A stretch of 64,000 nt of DNA, from contig NC_043018.1 of the NCBI RefSeq assembly GCF_006345805.1, positions 8,122,001-8,186,000 on the forward strand, given 5' to 3'. The position numbers and the translations under genes are program-made. Under the pieces are notes generated by a model. That model worked only from the letters and a program-made list of their open reading frames with translations, was not told where the DNA came from and made no database searches. The DNA is from Octopus sinensis (taxonomy: Eukaryota). Shown here in pieces: positions 63,757 to 64,000 of the stretch (position 1 is the first letter of the stretch; every line of letters starts with the position of its first letter).

Positions 63757-64000
63757 TGATAATAAAAGCCTCTCTCTCATAGTGAAAGGCAGATTGTATG
63801 ATGTTTGTGTACAAAAAGCAATGTTATACGATGGTAAAATGCAGGCTTTGAATGCAGAAGAAATGAAGAGCTAGCACGCTCCGCTGGATATGCAGTGTCA
63901 ACGTGCATGTACAACAAAGTGCAAATGTGTCAAGAGAAAAAAAGTGAGCATAAGAGGCATCAGGAGTGGTATACAAGGGAGAAGAGTGTGCTGGTATGGT

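Overview
Repeat-dense, AT-rich animal genomic DNA. The SINE/MITE/microsatellite landscape suggests an octopus or other coleoid cephalopod (inference, not database-confirmed). Three spliced host genes can be reconstructed. (1) The last exon of uracil-DNA glycosylase UNG (+, 708-851). (2) A complete 4-exon LSM1 (-, 28325 to 5516, 135 aa). (3) Nine consecutive in-frame exons of an atypical CYP26-clan-like cytochrome P450 (+, 43789-62476; the heme-Cys exon must lie beyond the window). Introns and intergenic DNA hold a full-length SPIN/GTF2IRD2-like hAT transposon with perfect TIRs and TSD, hAT and TTAA MITEs, non-autonomous Helitrons, CR1, RTE and RLE-type LINE fragments, many tRNA-derived SINEs and long microsatellites. 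The most unusual items are: a TSD-flanked retroelement encoding only an ORF1/Gag-like protein that splits the tRNA head of a SINE; an 8-unit SINE concatemer inside one 16-bp TSD; three different repeat families with hammerhead-ribozyme-like cores and fold-back ends (Penelope-like), one with a tRNA head; a 36-nt P450 microexon bracketed by complementary (TATG)n/(CATA)n arrays; RLE LINEs and a 555-bp element sitting in (ATT)n tracts; and an 18S rRNA 5' fragment.
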